Source of the DNA: Betaproteobacteria bacterium
GTDB taxonomy: Bacteria; Pseudomonadota; Gammaproteobacteria; Burkholderiales; Casimicrobiaceae
Reading direction: 5' to 3'
Length of the DNA stretch: 64,000 nt
Assembly: GCA_013298145.1 (NCBI GenBank)
Contig: JAAFJO010000009.1
Span: 13,783-77,782, forward strand
Shown: piece by piece, positions 12,924 to 22,656 of the stretch
How the letters are laid out: every line of letters starts with the position of its first letter
Numbering within the stretch: the stretch's first letter is position 1
Position numbers and translations under genes: made by a program
Notes under the pieces: generated by a model
The model's input: only the letters and a program-made list of their open reading frames with translations
What the model was told of the DNA's origin: nothing
Databases searched by the model: none

Positions 12924-14267
12924 TCACGCAGCGACCGCTTCAGCAATCGCCTCCGCGCCTGCGCGTGCGAGCGCTTCGTCTTCCGCTTCGACCATCACAC
13001 GCACCACCGGCTCTGTGCCAGAGGGGCGCAAGAGAATACGCCCACGACCGGTGAGCTTCTGTTCCCAATCGGCAAGCGCCGATTTCAGATTCGTCTTCTC
13101 TGCCCACGGCGACGATTTATCGATTCGAACGTTAATCAGATGCTGTGGCAAAAGCTTCACGTCTGCGCAGGCGTCCGCGAGCGATCTACCCTGCTGAACC
13201 AGCGCGCCGAGTACTTCAAGCGCAGCAATGGTTGCGTCGCCCGTTGTGTGACGATCTAGGCAGAGAATATGCCCCGAGTTTTCACCGCCAATCAACCAAT
13301 TGCGTTCTTTGAGAATTTCGAGCACGTAGCGATCGCCGACCTTCGCGCGCGCAAACGCGATCCCGCGCCGCTGAAACGCCTGCTCCAGCCCATAGTTCGT
13401 CATCTGCGTGCCCACTACGCCGCCACCCAAGTCGCCGCGCGCCGCGCGATGCGCAGCGATCACGTACACCAGCTGATCGCCGTCGTACGAGTTGCCTTTG
13501 GCATCCACCACAATCAAGCGATCCGCGTCGCCGTCTACGGCGATCCCGATATCGGCTTTGTGGTGCAAAACCTTTTCGGAAAGGTACTCTGGATAGAGTG
13601 CGCCCACGCCTTTGTTGATATTCAAACCATCGGGCGCAACGCCGACGCTCACAACATCAGCACCCAGTTCATGCAATACCGCTGGGGTCACTTGATAGGC
13701 CGCGCCGTTCGCGCAATCCACAACGATTTTCACGCCGCGCAGCGTCAGCTCCGACGGGAATGCACGCTTGCAAAACTCAATGTAGCGCCCTTGCGCATCG
13801 TTGAGCCGACGCGCTTTGCCCAATTCGTTAGACGGCACACAGCGGATTCCCTGATCGAATTCCGCCTCAATTTCGAGTTCCGCCTCATCAGAAAGCTTGT
13901 CGCCGTTGCGATCAAAAAACTTGATGCCGTTATCTTGAAACGGATTGTGCGAAGCGGAGATCACAAGCCCCGCAGCCTGCCTTTGAGCACGCGTGAGATA
14001 AGCAATCGCAGGCGTGGGCAACGGGCCAGTCAGTACGACATCAACGCCAGCGGCGGAGAGCCCGGCTTCAAGCGCCGCTTCGAGCATGTAACCCGAAATT
14101 CGCGTGTCTTTACCGATCAACACTGCCGGATGCGAACTTGACTTCCAGTGCTTCTTCAGCACTCGACCGGTCGCATGACCGAGCCGCATCACGAAATCAG
14201 GCGTGATCGGTGCGACTCCCACCTCACCGCGCACGCCATCCGTGCCGAAATACTTTCTGCTTGCCAT
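12924..14267 (-). CDS. glmM: Phosphoglucosamine mutase
   Basis: 447 aa, [17 protein letters not shown]..., with the active-site motif [15 protein letters not shown]. This is canonical GlmM, downstream of folP as in many proteobacteria. Confidence 0.96.
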   Translation of the reverse strand: MASRKYFGTDGVRGEVGVAPITPDFVMRLGHATGRVLKKHWKSSSHPAVLIGKDTRISGYMLEAALEAGLSAAGVDVVLTGPLPTPAIAYLTRAQRQAAGLVISASHNPFQDNGIKFFDRNGDKLSDEAELEIEAEFDQGIRCVPSNELGKARRLNDAQGRYIEFCKRAFPSELTLRGVKIVVDCANGAAYQVTPAVLHELGADVVSVGVAPDGLNINKGVGALYPEYLSEKVLHHKADIGIAVDGDADRLIVVDAKGNSYDGDQLVYVIAAHRAARGDLGGGVVGTQMTNYGLEQAFQRRGIAFARAKVGDRYVLEILKERNWLIGGENSGHILCLDRHTTGDATIAALEVLGALVQQGRSLADACADVKLLPQHLINVRIDKSSPWAEKTNLKSALADWEQKLTGRGRILLRPSGTEPVVRVMVEAEDEALARAGAEAIAEAVAA

Positions 14268-14301
14268 AGTGTTCTCTCGCTAACGTAGCTGCTACGGCAT
14301 T

Positions 14302-14470
14302 CTAGGGAAACGCTGATCAAATACCCATCGAGCATCGCATCCTTGGACTTGGGTCGATTGCTGCATCGAAAATGCTCACTATAGCCCCGCTATGCCTCGC
14401 ATTTGTCGATCTCGCACTCCATCCCAATCCAAGGCGCGCTGCTCGCGGGATTTAATCAGCGTTTCCCTAG
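14302..14470. repeat. Long-range inverted repeat (21-nt arms, 127-nt spacer) filling the folP-glmM intergenic region
   Basis: CTAGGGAAACGCTGATCAAAT (14302-14322) and ATTTAATCAGCGTTTCCCTAG (14450-14470) match at 20 of 21 positions as an inverted repeat. The right arm overlaps the folP stop codon (14467-14469). Confidence 0.6.
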
Positions 14471-15330
14471 GGCGCAGCGTTCACTGCGTGCCAAACGCGA
14501 AGCGCGTCCACCGTCGCGCGCACATCGTGTACTCGTACGATCTGCGCCCCGCGCGCAACACAGGCGAGCGCCGCCGCAACGCTGCCGCTCACCCGCTCAC
14601 TCGCTTTTTCCTGACCGGTAATCTCACCCACGCTGCGTTTTCGCGACCAGCCCGCAAGTACCGGATAGCCCAAGCGTGCAAGTTCACCCACACCGCGTGT
14701 GAGCTGCAAGTTATGCGCTGTCGTTTTTCCGAACCCGAAGCCCGGATCGAGTGCGATGCGATCACGTTCGATGCCCGCGAGCTCGCAACAGCTGGCGCGC
14801 CCTTGAAGAAACGCAGCAACCTCGGCAATAACGTTTACATAGTGCGGCGACGCTTGCATCGTGCCTGGCTCGCCCTGCATGTGCATGAGCACAACGCCGA
14901 CACCTGAGTCCGCGCATGCGTGAAGCGCTCCGGGCGCGCGAAGCGCGTAGACGTCGTTCACAATGGCTGCCCCCGCTCGAATCGCGGCCCGCATGACTTC
15001 TGGCTTTCGGGTGTCAATTGAGACACAGTGCCCGGCCACTGCGAGCGCTTCAACGACGGAAATGACGCGTCGAAGCTCCTCTTCGATGGTGACTTCCGCG
15101 GCGCCTGGGCGGGTGGATTCGCCGCCCACATCCAAAATTGTGGCACCGTCGTACACCATTCGTTCAGCCTCAGCGATAGCCGCTGAGACAGATGAATACT
15201 TGCCGCCATCGGAAAACGAGTCTGGCGTCAGATTTATGATGCCCATAACGATGGGCAGCGTCCCGGCTCGCACGTCCCAGCAGAATCTGCCACAAACCCA
15301 CTCCTCTCGTCGGTTCGATGTTTGATCCAA
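14467..15330 (-). CDS. folP: Dihydropteroate synthase
   Basis: The core is LPIVMGIINLTPDSFSDGG...DVGGESTRPG...RVHDV. The longest ORF (to 15441) would overlap the divergent gene. I prefer TTG 15330, which has GGAG 5 nt upstream and gives a typical N-terminus (..WVCGRF..). The exact start is uncertain. Confidence 0.88.
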   Translation of the reverse strand: MDQTSNRREEWVCGRFCWDVRAGTLPIVMGIINLTPDSFSDGGKYSSVSAAIAEAERMVYDGATILDVGGESTRPGAAEVTIEEELRRVISVVEALAVAGHCVSIDTRKPEVMRAAIRAGAAIVNDVYALRAPGALHACADSGVGVVLMHMQGEPGTMQASPHYVNVIAEVAAFLQGRASCCELAGIERDRIALDPGFGFGKTTAHNLQLTRGVGELARLGYPVLAGWSRKRSVGEITGQEKASERVSGSVAAALACVARGAQIVRVHDVRATVDALRVWHAVNAAP

Positions 15331-15389
15331 CGCAACTCCGCAGCCCGGGAATCCGGAATAAAATGAGAAAAACTGGAGGCAACTAGCCC

Positions 15390-16649
15390 GTGTCCAACAC
15401 CCCAAACTACAACGCCCTCTTCGCTGACCGCATTGACGCATTGAAGCGTGAAGGGCGTTATCGTATTTTTGCAGAGCTGTCTCGCCCGCGCGGACAGTTT
15501 CCTCGCGTAGAGTGGCATGGCGGCGAGCAGATGCGCCAGGTGATCACGTGGTGCTCAAACGATTACTTGGGCATGGGTCACCACCCGGTGGTTCGCGATG
15601 CGATGCTTTCGGCGATCAATGACGGGGCGACAGGCGCGGGCGGCACTCGCAACATCGGCGGTACCAACGCGTACCACATTGAGTTGGAACGCCTCTTGGC
15701 CGCGCTTCACGATAAAGAATCAGCGCTCACCTTTACCTCGGGCTACAGTGCGAATTTGGCATCGCTTTCGGTGTTGGCATCGCTTCTGCCCAACACGGTC
15801 ATCGTCTCCGATTCCGATAATCACAATTCGATGATTGAAGGTATCCGTCGTTCTGGCGCCGAAAAAGTCATCTTCAAACATAACGATCCACGCGATCTCG
15901 AAGCCAAGCTCGCGAGTTTTGCGCCTGAGCGGCCGAAACTGGTGGTCTTCGAGAGCGTTTACTCGATGAGCGGAAATATCGCTCCGATTGGTGAGTTTGC
16001 TCAAATCGCCAAACAGTACGGCGCGATGACGTACCTTGATGAGGTTCACGCGGTTGGGATGTACGGTAACCGTGGCGGTGGCGTATCGCAAGAGCAAGGC
16101 GTCGCCGATCAGATCGACATCATTCAGGGCACGCTCGGTAAAGCATTCGGCATGCAAGGTGGCTATGTCACCGGCTCCGCCGCAATGGTCGATTGCATCC
16201 GCAGTTTTGGCGCATCGTTCATTTTCTCCACGTCGCTTGCGCCAGTGTTGTGTGCGGGCGCGATTGCGAGCGTGTCGCATTTGATGCGTTCGCAAGAAGA
16301 GCGTCGCCTCCAGCGCGAGCGGGTCGCCGAAGTGAAATCGAAGCTACTTGCGCGCGGGCTACCCGTGATACCAAACCCTTCACACATCGTGCCGGTGTTC
16401 GTGGGCGATCCGGTCAAAGTCAAAACCTTGACCGACCGCCTGATGCAAAACCACAACATTTATCTGCAACCGATCAACTATCCGACGGTTGCTCGCGGCA
16501 CCGAGCGCATTCGTATCGCGCCTGGCCCCTGCCACACGAGCGAAATGGTCGATCAATTGATTGACGCGCTGGTCACGGAGTGGGCGATTCTTGGATTGCC
16601 GAAAGAGATGAGCGCGAAAGCGGTGCTCGCGCCGTCTGCGGCGGGCTAG
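15390..16649 (+). CDS. hemA: 5-aminolevulinate synthase (Shemin pathway, PLP-dependent alpha-oxoamine synthase)
   Basis: GTG start with GGAGG 10 nt upstream. It aligns along the whole length with my memory of Rhodobacter ALAS: [40 protein letters not shown], the catalytic-lysine motif GTLGKAFG, and [19 protein letters not shown]. Confidence 0.9.
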   Translation: MSNTPNYNALFADRIDALKREGRYRIFAELSRPRGQFPRVEWHGGEQMRQVITWCSNDYLGMGHHPVVRDAMLSAINDGATGAGGTRNIGGTNAYHIELERLLAALHDKESALTFTSGYSANLASLSVLASLLPNTVIVSDSDNHNSMIEGIRRSGAEKVIFKHNDPRDLEAKLASFAPERPKLVVFESVYSMSGNIAPIGEFAQIAKQYGAMTYLDEVHAVGMYGNRGGGVSQEQGVADQIDIIQGTLGKAFGMQGGYVTGSAAMVDCIRSFGASFIFSTSLAPVLCAGAIASVSHLMRSQEERRLQRERVAEVKSKLLARGLPVIPNPSHIVPVFVGDPVKVKTLTDRLMQNHNIYLQPINYPTVARGTERIRIAPGPCHTSEMVDQLIDALVTEWAILGLPKEMSAKAVLAPSAAG

Positions 16650-17590
16650 GCTTCTCCAGACTCTAGCGCAATGCGTGCTGCATCCTCGTGCGCGGCGGAT
16701 TCAACATAGGTGAGCGAAACCTTAGCAAGACGTTCTCTCAATGTCGCCTCAATGATCGGGTGAAGCTTCGAGGCCCGTCCCGCCACGGCAACTGGTTTCA
16801 CACCAAACCGCGCGACCATCGCGTTTGCGAGCCGCGCAAGCTCAATCCCGGCCCCGCGCAAAATCTCACGCGAGATAGGGTCAGCGGCTGCGGTGTCGCG
16901 AACCGCAAGGGCGAGCATTCCAATTTCGCCTCGGTCCTTCGCGTAGAAAAAGGCGCGAGAGCGATCCCAATCGCTCCCGCCCAAGCGCTCAAACATGGCA
17001 ACAGCGAGTGCAGAATCCTTCCACGCGCCAGGCTGCTCGTCCTCATGCCGCCAAATGTGGCGAAGCGCCTCACGCGCCATCCAATAACCACCACCGCCGT
17101 CATCGAGCCCCACACCGCGCCCACCAGCGCGATGGAACGATCCCGAAGAGTCAACATATGCTGCGATTGAGCCAGTTCCCGCATAGACGATGTAGCCCTC
17201 GCCCGGCTTGAATGCGCCGCGATAAGCAACTTCGATATCGCTCATAATCGTTACGCGTCCGGCGGGGATTGCGAAGGCTTCTGCGATGAGTTTGGCAAGT
17301 TCGGGTGAATGACCATCAACGCCCGTGAAACCGCCAGCGATCATGAGGAACGCATCGGCAGGCGAGTGCGCAGCGACAGCAGCCGAGATCTCAGCAAACG
17401 TGGCGCGTAGCCGCTCTAGGCCGTGCGCCGTATGAAGCATGAGCCCGGAGAGGCCGCCCGCGGATCCTTCAGCAAGACGCGCCGAATCCCCCTCAAGCAG
17501 CATCCATCGGGTGGTGGTGCCGCCCGCGTCAAGGCCGAGCGCGATGCAACGCAATCTCTGTGAAGACGCTAATGAGAGCGCTTCGCTCAC
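16646..17590 (-). CDS. BadF/BadG/BcrA/BcrD-type ATPase; N-acetyl-sugar kinase (NagK-II / MurK-like)
   Basis: 314 aa with a GTG start that overlaps the upstream stop (GTGA). It has the phosphate-1 motif [12 protein letters not shown] and GTGSIA. It is the last gene of the amino-sugar operon. Confidence 0.75.
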   Translation of the reverse strand: MSEALSLASSQRLRCIALGLDAGGTTTRWMLLEGDSARLAEGSAGGLSGLMLHTAHGLERLRATFAEISAAVAAHSPADAFLMIAGGFTGVDGHSPELAKLIAEAFAIPAGRVTIMSDIEVAYRGAFKPGEGYIVYAGTGSIAAYVDSSGSFHRAGGRGVGLDDGGGGYWMAREALRHIWRHEDEQPGAWKDSALAVAMFERLGGSDWDRSRAFFYAKDRGEIGMLALAVRDTAAADPISREILRGAGIELARLANAMVARFGVKPVAVAGRASKLHPIIEATLRERLAKVSLTYVESAAHEDAARIALESGEA

Positions 17591-19305
17591 GGCGCGAGAT
17601 CCTTCACGAAGCGATCACTTTCTCGGCCTGATCGATCCACGACCGAGACTGCGACCGCGCTTAACACGCCCTCGCTGGTCGCTCGTGGCACGGTCGTTTC
17701 ACTGGTGCCCGCGCTCGGTGCGCCCGCCACCGGCAACACGGCAAACTGCCAAGACGTGCCATAACGCAACCAGACTGCGAAGTTTCGAGGCTCAGCATCC
17801 GCTCGGAGCGATTTAGCCTCCAGAGAAACTATTCTTTTAAACGCTAGCCCAACGTTATTTGGCGCTGCATCTCTATTTTCTATTAGATCGACGCCCACAC
17901 TATTGGGACGTTCGCCCAAATTTATTCCGGGCGTATAAGAAATAGCTGGATTACGATAAAGCGCTGAGAGACTGGCGTCGATGCCGCGCCGCTTTTGCAT
18001 GATCGGGGCCATGCTGAAATGGATATGCCCCTGCGCAACGTCGCGCTTCGATCGGATCAGAGCGAGCTGGCCCTCGATTTCTTTCGGCTGCCAACCGCGT
18101 GGCGTCTCCTCGATCCGGCTGGTGTAGAGGCCAGGAAAAATATCCCGTTTCAAGGTGTTTTGAGCGTGCCAGTATTCGAGCAGCACTGGAAACGATTGTG
18201 GCGATTGGTCAATCGCCCAATAGAGTTGCGGTGCGAGGTAGTCAAGCCAACCACGTTGCAGCCAAAGCTCGACATCCGCATAAAGTTTGTCGTACTGCGA
18301 AAAGCCTTGAATGCCTGGTGGACGGCGATCAGGTCGGCCAATCCCAAATGGCGAAATGCCAAATCGAACCCACGGCTTCTCTGCTTTCACGCCGCGATAC
18401 ACCCGTTCGACGAAGCGGTTTACGTTGTCCCGCCGCCAGTCGGCGCGCGTGAGTTTGCCGCCGCCCGCCACATACGCTAGCCACGAGGGTTCATCCGGAA
18501 AATCGAGCTCACGCTCAGGACGCGAGGTCACCATGGGCGCAGCTGAATTGAGCGCATTCGCAACCGCGTTTTGCCCGGCTGCCGAAGGTTGTTGAACTGC
18601 GGCTGTTTCGACAACCGGGTATGGATAGAAGTAATCATCAAAGTGAACGCCATCGATGTCATACCGACGCAGCACATCCATGATCACGTTATGCGAATGC
18701 TCTTGCGCCGCACGATCACCCGGATCGAGCCACAAAAAACCACCGTAGCTTTTCACTGCGGCAGGTAGGCGCTTCGCGACATGATCGGCGGAAACGGGCG
18801 AGCTCGCCTTCGTATGCCGCGCGCGGTACGGGTTGAACCATGCATGCACCTCAATACCGCGAAGCCGCGCTTCATCAATCCAAAACTGCAGTGGGTCGTA
18901 GCCCGGTGCCTTGCCTTGCTCGCCTGTGAGCCATTCCGCCCAGGGCTCAAGCGCCGACGGATAGATCGCATCGGCGCCAGGGCGCACCTGCAAAAGCACG
19001 GCGTTCATGTTGAGGGCTTGCACGCGATTCAAGATCGCAATGACCTCGCTTTTTTGCAGCTCCGCGCTCAGCCCCGGTTTCGTTGGCCAATCGATGTTGG
19101 CGACAGTTGCGATCCAAACCGCGCGAAACTCCCGAGGCGTAGGCGGCGGACATCCCGATGAGCGATCCTCCAGCGGGCAAACGCGGAGCGAAGCGGGTTG
19201 CACCGTGATCGGCTCCATCGTTGAACACGACCCGAGAAACCCTAGGAGCGCGAGCAGCGTCCACGTTAGGGGCGTGAGACCCGCAAATCGGCCCGCACGC
19301 CTCAT
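17587..19305 (-). CDS. GHL10-family (DUF187, YddW/DigH-like) glycoside hydrolase lipoprotein
   Basis: The start is refined to ATG 19305, giving MRRAGRFAGLTPLTWTLLALLGFLGSCST (signal peptide plus a lipobox-like LGSC) and an ATGA overlap with the upstream stop. The TIM-barrel-like core FRAVWIATVANIDWP...GIEVHAWFNPY...GVHFDDYFYP is typical of the YddW family. Confidence 0.75.
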   Translation of the reverse strand: MRRAGRFAGLTPLTWTLLALLGFLGSCSTMEPITVQPASLRVCPLEDRSSGCPPPTPREFRAVWIATVANIDWPTKPGLSAELQKSEVIAILNRVQALNMNAVLLQVRPGADAIYPSALEPWAEWLTGEQGKAPGYDPLQFWIDEARLRGIEVHAWFNPYRARHTKASSPVSADHVAKRLPAAVKSYGGFLWLDPGDRAAQEHSHNVIMDVLRRYDIDGVHFDDYFYPYPVVETAAVQQPSAAGQNAVANALNSAAPMVTSRPERELDFPDEPSWLAYVAGGGKLTRADWRRDNVNRFVERVYRGVKAEKPWVRFGISPFGIGRPDRRPPGIQGFSQYDKLYADVELWLQRGWLDYLAPQLYWAIDQSPQSFPVLLEYWHAQNTLKRDIFPGLYTSRIEETPRGWQPKEIEGQLALIRSKRDVAQGHIHFSMAPIMQKRRGIDASLSALYRNPAISYTPGINLGERPNSVGVDLIENRDAAPNNVGLAFKRIVSLEAKSLRADAEPRNFAVWLRYGTSWQFAVLPVAGAPSAGTSETTVPRATSEGVLSAVAVSVVDRSGRESDRFVKDLAP

Positions 19306-20459
19306 ACTTTGAAAAACCATCGCTTCTTCCACATCAACCAAGCCACACCATACATCGCCGAAACGAACAATACTGCGTATAGAAGTGAGGCGAGCTTCGG
19401 CGAGAGCCCGATCATCTGAATTTGCCCAAAGATAAGCGCTTTAAGCGACTGGCTCACACCGGTTTCAGCCGTCAACTTGACTGCGCCCAATAGCTTTGTC
19501 ACCAAACTTGAAAACGCAAAGATGAAGAGCGCATTCATCCCGAAGATCGTCAGCGGCAAAAACCATTGTCGTGCGCGCTTGGTCACCTGCTCACGCTCGC
19601 AGGCATCGATCAGCCAATAAAACAGCGCAAACACCACGAGCGCCCAACCCGACATAAAAACGCTGTACGACACCGTCCACAGCGGCTTGTTGATTGGCAT
19701 CAGCACAACATCGAGCATCGCGCCCATCCAAACAAGTAACAAGCCGCAGAGCAGCATCCACACCGTCTTTTCGCTGCGCGCGATAGCAACCAAGAGCCAG
19801 CGCCCGGTGAGCGCGCCAAAAAGCAGCGTGCTCACCGCGGGCAATGTACTCCACACACCTTCGGGATCCCACGTTTTTGAGAACGCCCAAAGATGCCCCG
19901 AAAGAAGTGTTCTGTCGATCCACGCGCCGAAATCACGTCCCGGCTCCAAGCGTCCTGCCGCCACCAGCGCATCATCGCCCACCACAGAAACGGCGAGCAT
20001 TGGAACCGCGTAGATCACAAAAAACGCAATGACCGCAATGCACCACGCCCGCCATCCGAAATACACCACGAGCGGCGCAGCCATCACGATGCAAAGCGCG
20101 ATCCGCTGCAGAACGCCGGGAATACGCAAGGTCTCCAGCGAAAAATTCGGAATGAAATTTAGCGCGAGGCCGATGGCGAAAATGATGAGCGCCCGTTTCC
20201 AAAGCGAAAGCACGGCGCTCACGCGCTGCGAGTCATCAAGTGCTTTACGCGAAAGTGAAAACACCATCGAAACGCCGACGATGAAAAGAAAGAAGGGGAA
20301 TATCCAATCGGTAAACGTCCAGCCGTGCCACTTCGCGTGAAGGAGCTGTGAATAGGCATTGCTCCAATCGCCAGGGTTATTTACCAATACCATTGCGGCA
20401 ATGGTTGCCCCGCGAAATGCGTCAAGCGAGACCAGTCGATCATTGGCATGCGCGTTCAT
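19302..20459 (-). CDS. Heparan-alpha-glucosaminide N-acetyltransferase-like (DUF5009/DUF1624, NagX-like) polytopic membrane acyltransferase
   Basis: 385 aa with ATG start and about 10 TM helices. The signature N-terminus is RLVSLDAFRGATIAAMVLVNNPGDW...LLHAKWHGWTFTDWIFPFFLFIVGVS. Confidence 0.75.
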   Translation of the reverse strand: MNAHANDRLVSLDAFRGATIAAMVLVNNPGDWSNAYSQLLHAKWHGWTFTDWIFPFFLFIVGVSMVFSLSRKALDDSQRVSAVLSLWKRALIIFAIGLALNFIPNFSLETLRIPGVLQRIALCIVMAAPLVVYFGWRAWCIAVIAFFVIYAVPMLAVSVVGDDALVAAGRLEPGRDFGAWIDRTLLSGHLWAFSKTWDPEGVWSTLPAVSTLLFGALTGRWLLVAIARSEKTVWMLLCGLLLVWMGAMLDVVLMPINKPLWTVSYSVFMSGWALVVFALFYWLIDACEREQVTKRARQWFLPLTIFGMNALFIFAFSSLVTKLLGAVKLTAETGVSQSLKALIFGQIQMIGLSPKLASLLYAVLFVSAMYGVAWLMWKKRWFFKV

Positions 20460-21751
20460 GCTGAATCCGCCTTCGCTTGCTTCTTACCAAACGCCGGGTC
20501 AATCTTCACAAAGATCGCAATCAGCATCGACGGCAGCGTACAGATACAAACCCAGATGAAGAAGTTTGTGTATCCGAGCTGGGTTTGAATCCAACCGCTC
20601 ACCATCCCCGGCAACATCATGCCAAGCGCCATGAACCCGGTACAAAGCGCGTAATGCGCCGTCTTGTGGGGGCCATCGGCCACCATAATCATGAAAAGCA
20701 GATACGCGGCGAAACCGAATCCATAACCCAGCTGCTCGATCGCGATCGCGCTCGCTATTACAGACAAGCTAGTGGGCTGTAGCGCAGCAAGAAACACGTA
20801 GGCAAGATTCGGCACGTGAATCGCGAAGAGCATGGGCCAGAGCCAGAACTTAAGGCCCTTCCGCGAGATTGCATAGCCGCCTGCGATGCCGCCTAAGGTA
20901 AGCGCCAGAACGCCCACCGTGCCGTACACCCATCCCACTTGCGCTGTTGAAAGCGAAAGCCCGCCCGCGTTTACTTTATCTAGCAAGAACGGTGAGCCAA
21001 GTTTCACCAGTTGCGCTTCGGCCAGTCGATAGGTCAATAAAAACGACAGCACGAGCCAGATATCGGCACGCTTGAAAAACACGACGAACGTGCTTACAAA
21101 GTCTTTGACCAAATCCCCTTCGATCCGCACCGCTTGATCGGCGCTGGGCTTCGGCAACATGAAAAAATGGTACGCGCCTATGAGCGCAAACATCACGGCG
21201 AGCACGATAAACACAATTTGCCACGCCAGGATGACGTTGCCGGTTTGCTCAGTCAACATACCTGCGAGCACAACCAGGAGGCCCTGGCCCGCAATATTCG
21301 CGATGCGCCAGAAGACCGTGCGAACGCCTACGAACGCCGCTTGCTGATGCTGCTCAAGACCGAGCATGTAAAACCCATCGGCGGCAATGTCATGAGTGGC
21401 GGATGCAAACGCCATCAACCAAAAAACGGCGAGCGTGGCTTGAAAGAAAAATGGCGTCGGCAGCGTAAACGCGACAAACGCTAGCGCGACACCAACCGCG
21501 AACTGCAAAAGCACGATCCAGAATCGTTTGGTACGAAACATATCCACCAAGGGCGACCACAATGGTTTCACGACCCACGGCAAATACAACCAGCTCGTGT
21601 AGAGGGCAATTTCGGTATTTGAGAGATTCAAGTTTTTGTACATGATGACGGATAGCGTCATCACCACCACGTACGGAATGCCTTGCGCGAAATAGAGCGT
21701 CGGGATCCACGTCCACGGTGACAGGCTCTGCGCCTTGTCTTCTTTTCTCAT
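20456..21751 (-). CDS. AmpG-family MFS permease (muropeptide / GlcNAc-MurNAc importer-like)
   Basis: 431 aa. The AmpG-type N-terminus is WIPTLYFAQGIPYVVVMTLSVIMYKNLNLSNTEIALYTSWLYLPWVVKPLWSPLVD. It has 4-nt overlaps with both neighbours. Confidence 0.85.
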   Translation of the reverse strand: MRKEDKAQSLSPWTWIPTLYFAQGIPYVVVMTLSVIMYKNLNLSNTEIALYTSWLYLPWVVKPLWSPLVDMFRTKRFWIVLLQFAVGVALAFVAFTLPTPFFFQATLAVFWLMAFASATHDIAADGFYMLGLEQHQQAAFVGVRTVFWRIANIAGQGLLVVLAGMLTEQTGNVILAWQIVFIVLAVMFALIGAYHFFMLPKPSADQAVRIEGDLVKDFVSTFVVFFKRADIWLVLSFLLTYRLAEAQLVKLGSPFLLDKVNAGGLSLSTAQVGWVYGTVGVLALTLGGIAGGYAISRKGLKFWLWPMLFAIHVPNLAYVFLAALQPTSLSVIASAIAIEQLGYGFGFAAYLLFMIMVADGPHKTAHYALCTGFMALGMMLPGMVSGWIQTQLGYTNFFIWVCICTLPSMLIAIFVKIDPAFGKKQAKADSA

Positions 21752-22650
21752 TTGACCTCCGCGAGGGCCAAGCGAACGCTTCCGCCCACGCGATCCAGCA
21801 AGCGTCGCGCCGCTTCAAAGCCCAGAGAGCGCCGGATCATCACGATCGCAGTTTTGACATGAAAATTCGAGCTCTCGAGCGCAGCGATCGCGGTATCTTC
21901 ATCGACCCCAGTGGCGAGCATCGTGAGACTAACGCAGCGACGAATCAACTTTGCATTGGTCGGCTTCACGTCTACCATCAAGTTGCCGTACACCTTGTTA
22001 AGCCGCACCATCAACGCGCTGGAAAACGTGTTGAGTGCGATCTTTTGAGCACTACCCGCTTTCAACCGCGTGCTGCCGGAAATCACCTCAGAACCCGTAT
22101 CCAGCAAGATCGCGATTTGCGCAGCGGCGAGTAGCGGCGTACCTGGATTGTTCGCGATACCGACCGTCAAGGCACCGCGCTCGCTAGCCTTTTCGATCAC
22201 GCCGAGCGCGTAGGGCGTGGTGCCCGATGCGGCAATCGCGAGCACCACATCGTTTGCGCCCACCTGCGCCGCCTCTACATCGGCCGCGCCCTGTTCGCGG
22301 CTGTCCTCCGCCCCTTCAACGGCACGGTGGATCGCATTCGGACCGCCCGCAAGCAGCGCAATCGCGCGCTCGGGCTCCCAAGAAAATGTCGGCACTAGTT
22401 CAACACTGTCGAGCAGCCCAAGACGCCCCGAAGTTCCCGCGCCCGCATACACAAGGCGACCGCCGCCCAACATGCGCGGCACTGATGCGTCGACCGCCCG
22501 CGCGATGTCGGCGCTCGCCCGCACGACGGCGTTCACCGCGCTTTTTTGATCGATCACAAACGCATCCACCAAGCCGCGTGTGTCGTAGGTGTCGAGCTCG
22601 CGATGAGATGCGTTCGGTATTTCAGTTCGAAGAGTGTAGGCGGCGCTCAT
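21748..22650 (-). CDS. murQ: N-acetylmuramic acid 6-phosphate etherase
   Basis: 300 aa. It has a SIS domain with GAGTSGRLGLLDSVELVPTF and ASGTTPY, and a C-terminal MurQ-type helix bundle. Confidence 0.92.
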   Translation of the reverse strand: MSAAYTLRTEIPNASHRELDTYDTRGLVDAFVIDQKSAVNAVVRASADIARAVDASVPRMLGGGRLVYAGAGTSGRLGLLDSVELVPTFSWEPERAIALLAGGPNAIHRAVEGAEDSREQGAADVEAAQVGANDVVLAIAASGTTPYALGVIEKASERGALTVGIANNPGTPLLAAAQIAILLDTGSEVISGSTRLKAGSAQKIALNTFSSALMVRLNKVYGNLMVDVKPTNAKLIRRCVSLTMLATGVDEDTAIAALESSNFHVKTAIVMIRRSLGFEAARRLLDRVGGSVRLALAEVK

Positions 22651-22656
22651 GAAAGG

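Noticed and set aside
14467-15441. Full-length 324-codon version of folP starting at 15441.
   Set aside because: It would add about 37 non-conserved residues and overlap the divergent ALAS gene start by about 50 nt. The internal TTG at 15330, with a GGAG, gives a normal FolP N-terminus.
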